In this document: positions 60,031 to 64,000 of the stretch, piece after piece
Position numbering within the stretch: position 1 is the stretch's first letter
Layout of the letters: each line of letters starts with the position of its first letter
Source: Prorocentrum cordatum
Lineage: Eukaryota
Assembly (NCBI GenBank): GCA_963575745.1
Contig: CAUYUJ010000281.1
Span: 1-64,000 of the forward strand
DNA: 64,000 nt
Direction of reading: 5' to 3'
Translations under genes and position numbers: made by a program
The notes under the pieces: generated by a model
Told to the model about the DNA's origin: nothing
Seen by the model: only the letters and a program-made list of their open reading frames with translations
The model's database searches: none

Positions 60031-63000
60031 TGGGCTCGACAGTCTCTCTGGCCAGTTCACCCTGCTCTTGGCCGCGGTCGGCATTCGGCTACCCCCCCGG
60101 TTGCCGCTCCCAGGCATATCGCCAGCATGTCTCAGGCGAAACCATCTTTTCCCACATTCCTGCGGCTGTTAGCTGCGCCCTACCAGAGCACCGGGCAGTC
60201 TCACGCGGTGCAAACGCGATGAAGCATGAGGACCTCTTTGTCTCAGGCGACGATATCACCTTGCACAGGCTCCCCGGAGGCACTCTCCACGCGCCCTCTG
60301 GGTAGGCGCCCTCCGGGCCCCACCCCGGACGACGCCCCCACCGGCCGTCCGCCCTCCCCTCGGACTGCGCCAACAATCTGTGGCCGCCTCACTCCGCTCT
60401 TGGCCATCGACGGCACTCGGCCACCCCTCCCCGTTTGCCGCCCCCACGCAGGTCGCCTGTACGTCTTACGCGAAGGCATCCATTTCCCGCCTTCCTGCGG
60501 CTGTTAGCTGCACCCGACCAGAGCACCGGGCAGTCTCCTGCTGTGCAAACGCGAACCACGAGGACCTCTTTGTCTCAGCGACGGCATCAGCCAACGTCCT
60601 TCGGCTGTTCACTGCACCCCAACTGGGGTTTCACAGGTCGGGTCTTCTCCCTGCACTCTGCGGCCGCCAGCTTCACCCCCGCTGGTCATCGGCCCGCACC
60701 AGGTCCAACATGTCTCACGCGAGGGCTACCTTCCCCACCTTCTTGCAGCTATTCGCTGCTCCCGACCAGAGAATCATGCGACCCTTTGCAACCACACAAG
60801 CTCCTCCGCAGCACCTTCCAATTTCCCCCTGGGTTGGTGCCCTCTGGGCCCCGCCTCCACCGCCATCTCCCCCAGCCGTCTGCCCTCCCTACGGGATGGG
60901 CTGACAGTCTCTCTGGCCACTTGCCCCGCTCCTGGCCGTGGACGGCATTCGGCTACCCCCCCGCTTGCCGCTCCCAGGCAGATCACCTGCATGTCTCAGG
61001 CGGATCATCTTCCCACATTCCTGCGGCTGTTAGCTGCACCCTGCCAAAGCACTGGGCGTTCTCCTGCGGTGCCAGCGCGAAGCCTGAGGAGTTCTAGGCT
61101 GATCTCCTGCATGTCTCAGGCGGATACATCTTCCCACTTTCCTGCGGCTGTTAGCTGCGCCCTACCAGAGCCCTGGGCGTCCTCATGCGGTGCCAGCGCG
61201 AAGCACGCGGACTTTTGTTTCTCAGGAGACGACATCAAAGCTTGAACTTTTTCTCAAGTCTCGTGGCTTGCCGCAGAGCATCGGTGCGTCTCAGGCGAAG
61301 ATAACCTATTCCACCTTTCTGCGGCTGTTAGCTGCACCCTACCTGAGGACCAGGACGTCTCAGGTGAAGCAATCTCCCACCTCACTGCGGCTGTCAGCTG
61401 CACTCTGGCCGTGCATCGGGCTGTCTCAGGTGTAACCTTGTCTCATCGCTCTGCGGCTGTTAGCTGCACTTCTGCAGGGCATCGACGCGTCTCTGGCGGA
61501 ACCACTACCCAGCACCCTGCAGCTGTTAGCTGCCATTTCACCATCAGGGAGGCGACTCTACTCCCAAAGACTCTTCAGAGAATCAGCAAGCAAACTGAAC
61601 GAATGCTTGGACCCCTCAAGAAGGGTCCGGAAAAAGCAAGCAAGCAAACCAAACATCGAATGACAACCCCTTCAAACTAGCAAGCAAGCAAATAATATCT
61701 CATCCCCTAAACTCCTTGATGACAAAAAACGAAACAGCAGATGAACCCAACAACTTTCTGAAACACGCATGCAAGCATCGAGCTGACTTCATTCATACAT
61801 CTTTTTCGGATTCCAGTTTCGGAGATTACGCATTCATTTTGCATCTCGCACAACGCAATACAAAAGACTTCAACGATTTTTTCAGAATTCCGAAACTTCG
61901 GCACAAAATAAAACAACGAAGTTTGAATTCATATCTAAATCTTTTTCGAAACGAATTCGTATGTAAAACCCGCGCGTCCGAGCACCCCCATGGCTCCATG
62001 GAGCTGTCCAATCCGCGAGGGCTTCCCAGGGCCTCTCAGAAACTCGCAGGGGTTCCCCAAAGCTCCGCTGGCCGCTCAATGCCTCCGGAAGCTATGCACA
62101 ACTCGCCGAGGCCTGCCCAGACTCCGCAATGCCTCTTAGGACTTCTCGATGCCTGGGGCCCGGGGGTCGGCGGCAAATAGCCCCTTCAGGAACTGCTCAT
62201 AACTGCTCCCCGCAGCCGCCAGAAGCCCCGTTGGAGCCTCGGGGGAGCCCCAGGGCGCCCCTCACGGTGACCCCAGAAGACCCGCATATGCAGCAAAGCC
62301 AAGGGCGCCAAAACAGCAAGCAAGCAAAGGCCCCGACACCCTTACCCCCTTCCAGAAAAAAACAGCAAGCAAGCAGACGCAGGGCCAGACCCTTGCACCT
62401 GACAGCCGGAGTCGCCTCCCTGATATTTCACCCCGCTCCTGGTCGTGGACGGTATTCGGCTACCTCCCCGCTTGCCGCTCCCAGGCCGATTACCAGTCTC
62501 AGGAGAAAGCATATTTTCCCACATTCCTGCGGCTGTTAGCTGCACCCACCTGGCAGTCTCATGCGGCGCAATCGCTGGCTTCTTCCCACTCCCCGCGGCT
62601 GTTAGCTGCACCCCCCCAGTGGGCTGCAGGTCTCAGGCGATGCAATCCCCCATCGCCCTGAGGCTGCTAGCCCGGGGGGCCTGGGCTGGTCACCCGAACC
62701 GTCTTGGCAGGCGCGGCGCGCACTCCCAGGGCCGCGCCGTTACCCGTTCTCCACCCAGCTGGCCCGGGCTGTTCCTCGTCGGCACTGGCTTGTGCATTCA
62801 CCTTCGCCCCTCGGTGCTTTTCGAGTCCAGGCAACTGTCCGCTGCCTCTTCGGTCGGGTTCCCTCCCTCTTGCTCCCCCTGGGGCTCGGGGAATGTGACG
62901 ACCTTGCTCTTCGACCGCGCTGGCCCTGGAGATGGCCTGATGGATTGTTGGCTGCAAGTGCCCCACGCTACCGCCCTCGCTACCTGTGGTCAACTCCGTG

Positions 63001-63380
63001 GTCTCCTCGTGTCTCGGGACATCCCATCTGAGTGCACTGGTTCGGGCATGTTGGGATTTATTACAAGTACAAGCAGTTCGGCAAGGTGCGGTCGTCTACT
63101 ACTTGGTCTGAGTTCGAGCTGCGGCTTAGCATTTTGTCTTTCTGTCTTGTCTTCCTCTCTCTCTCTCTCTCTCTCTCTGCTCCGCTGCCGCTTCCGCTTC
63201 TTCTGTTCGTCGTCCACCCATGTCTCGCCTCGCTCTCTTCCCGTGTCTCTTTGATTGTTTTCTCCTCCGCCGCGTAGATCTCGCCACCGTTGTGACCCTT
63301 TTCCGCTTGTCGCCTGTTAGACTCGCTTTACGACTTCCTGACGGTGCGTGGTTGGTTCCGCGACACTCGCGATCAAAAAA

Positions 63381-63757
63381 GTGTGTGTGTGTGTGTGCGT
63401 GTGTGTATGTGTGCGCGTGTGCGTGCGCGCGCGCGCGAGTGTGTGTGTGTGTGTGTGTGTGCGTAGGTGTGTGTGTGTGTGTGCGTCTGTGTGAGCGTGT
63501 GTGCGCGTGTGTGTGTGTGTGTTTGTATGTGCGTGTGCGTGTGCGTGTGCGTGTGCGTGTGCGTGTGCGTGTGCGTGTGCGTGTGCGTGTGTGTGTGTGG
63601 TGTGTGTGGGTGGTGTGTGGGTGGTGTGTGTGTGGTGTGTGTGGTGTGTGTGGTGTGTGTGGGGTGTGTGTGTGTGTGTGGTGTGTGTGTGCGTGTGTGT
63701 GTGGTGTGTTGTGTGTGTGTTGTGTGTGGGTGTTGTTGTTTGTGTGTGTGTGTGTGT

Positions 63758-63790
<33 letters not shown>

Positions 63791-64000
63791 TGGTGGTGTG
63801 TGTGTGTTTTTGTGGGGGGGGTGGGTGGTGCGTGTGGCGTGCCCGGCGCGCGCGTGCGTTGCGTTGCGCCCGCGGCCGCGGCTCGCGGCTGCCGGTTTCG
63901 CTGTTGCGCGTGTGCGCGTGTGCGCGTGTGCGCGTGTGCGCGTGTGCGCGTGTGCGCGTGTGCGCGTGTGCGCGTGTGCGCGCGTGCGCGTGTGCGCGTG
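63381..64000. repeat. (GT)n, (GTGCGT)n and (GTGTGCGC)n microsatellites
   Basis: Directly visible. Confidence 0.97.

Larger units (their letters stand above)
57690..62670 (+). repeat. Degenerate, interrupted minisatellite with ~65-75 bp unit and higher-order blocks
   Basis: About 20 copies of (cat)gtctcaggcg...cctgcggctgttagctgcaccctaccag, clustered at 57690-58450, 60040-61540 and 62425-62670. Confidence 0.85.

Overview
This is eukaryotic, GC-rich, very repeat-dense genomic DNA, most likely from a dinoflagellate. The inference rests on a near-intact spliced-leader (DinoSL) relic at 55211, a GA-donor exon and dinoflagellate-style LINE fragments. Most ORF-track entries are artefacts of microsatellites. 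Recognisable coding content is limited to three things: (i) an intronless, twice-frameshifted CPA2/NapA-type cation:proton antiporter at 21133-22880, probably a retrocopy; (ii) one short acyl-CoA dehydrogenase exon at 17367-17427; (iii) a decayed ~4 kb non-LTR retrotransposon with RT, zinc finger and RNase H at 11315-15450, plus two LINE 3' fragments. The rest is microsatellite, minisatellite and at least ten small inverted-repeat (MITE-like) families. Composite structures include a HINE/DINE-1-like element carrying a 77-bp tandem array, a foldback-like element, and MITEs embedded in larger inverted duplications. A 100-N gap lies at 35315-35414. I found no CRISPR array, rRNA or tRNA. Repeat boundaries were read by eye and are approximate.
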